Origin: Trichomonas gallinae
Lineage: Eukaryota
Assembly (NCBI GenBank): GCA_008369845.1
Contig: MRSU01009678.1
Span: 1-48,988 of the forward strand
Direction of reading: 5' to 3'
DNA: 48,988 nt
Position 1 is the stretch's first letter. Each line of letters starts with the position of its first letter. A program made the position numbers and the translations under genes. Shown piece after piece: positions 48,220-48,988 of the stretch. The notes under the pieces are model-generated. The model did not search any database. It saw only the letters and a program-made list of their open reading frames with translations, and was not told the origin of the DNA.

Positions 48220-48988
48220 AAGATCATAGATTATTATTATCAATACTATGATTTTCAAACATTAATAGAATTATTAATAAAGTTAGACTTCGACATTTTT
48301 ACAATAATGACAATTCATTTTCTTGGAACAAGCGAACCAGAAATATTCCCAACTTATTTATTCGATGAATGCCAACTTGAACCTACGAATATTTTGACAT
48401 CAGAAAACATTATTCATTCAAGTTGCATTATCAGATAATGGTTCTCAAGAGGCACAGAAAATCAAGGATCTCATGAATGACAATAAATACGTTTCAAAAA
48501 GCATCAAATCAAAATTGATGAAAAAATACAACAATGACATTCTAGAGTTAAGCAAGATGATTGGCAAATTTGAGAATCTTTATAATTTTGCATCGGAATG
48601 GAAATTCATCGACTATGTTTATTGAGAAGCTTATCGACAAATTCAATGATGAATCATTTGATGAAATTCAATCATTCAAGGATTCAGCACCTGATTTTAT
48701 AAAGAATCCATCAGAAGTGGGAAATTTCCAACAAATTATTCAAGAAATAAATAAGAATGCATCAATTCAACAGTTGATAAAAGAAATCAAATCATTAGTC
48801 GGCGAAAACTGCAACATTAATCTTCAAAAACTCAAAACTCTTGTTTCGATATCTGATGCATCAAAAGGTGGCACAAAATACTGGGCGTCACCCATTGATA
48901 TGTAAGATATCGAATCAGAACGAATATAATTCGCAAATTGAATCTCATTCTGAGAAAAATCACTGTGTCAGCTCTCAGTCTCAATGAG
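48220..48988 (+). pseudogene. Frameshifted remnant of a helical protein gene
   Basis: Three consecutive overlapping open stretches with frame changes (IDYYYQYYDFQTLIELLIKLD...; LFIQVALSDNGSQEAQKIKDLM...EWKFIDYVY*; IEKLIDKFNDESF...PIDM*) and coding-like composition. Boundaries are approximate. Confidence 0.5.

Noticed and set aside
1..48988. Autonomous transposons (Maverick, mariner, Mutator), tRNA or rRNA genes
   Set aside because: No transposase, integrase or polymerase ORFs, long terminal inverted repeats, or recognisable tRNA/rRNA sequences were seen by eye. tRNAscan-SE and a repeat library search would confirm this.

Overview
This is an AT-rich, gene-dense eukaryotic window with no introns detected. 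It holds about 23 single-exon CDS separated by short intergenic spacers. The promoter signatures (TCAYT-type initiator just before ATGs, AAAGTGAC/GTCACTTT 'M2', DRCSGYTD 'M3', CCTTT 'M5' before a ribosomal protein gene) and the gene families point to a trichomonad parabasalid, most like Trichomonas; this is an inference. Genes: a partial surface protein missed by the ORF track, DHHC-family protein, RecQ helicase, HP1-like chromo protein, FOP/FOR20-like LisH protein, very divergent dynein heavy chain, nitroreductase, ER thioredoxin, multi-GAF protein, capping-enzyme homologue, MON2, Snapin-like, EB1-like, TAF4-like, RPL27a, L-type lectin, mini-Spt5, nicastrin, nucleoplasmin-like, UGGT and a frameshifted pseudogene. 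Three things stand out. (1) Several intact ORFs have lost catalytic residues or domains: a dynein with a degenerate AAA1 site but a retained microtubule-binding domain, a capping enzyme with both active sites altered, a DHIC palmitoyltransferase without zinc ligands, a GAF protein without a PDE domain, and Spt5 reduced to NGN+KOW1. (2) Dense GTCACTTT arrays occupy two divergent promoters. (3) An unexplained GC-rich structured element lies just after the DHHC stop codon. All family calls come from motifs recognised by eye, not from searches. Several ORF-track starts (TTG/GTG or upstream ATGs) were moved to the likely true ATG.
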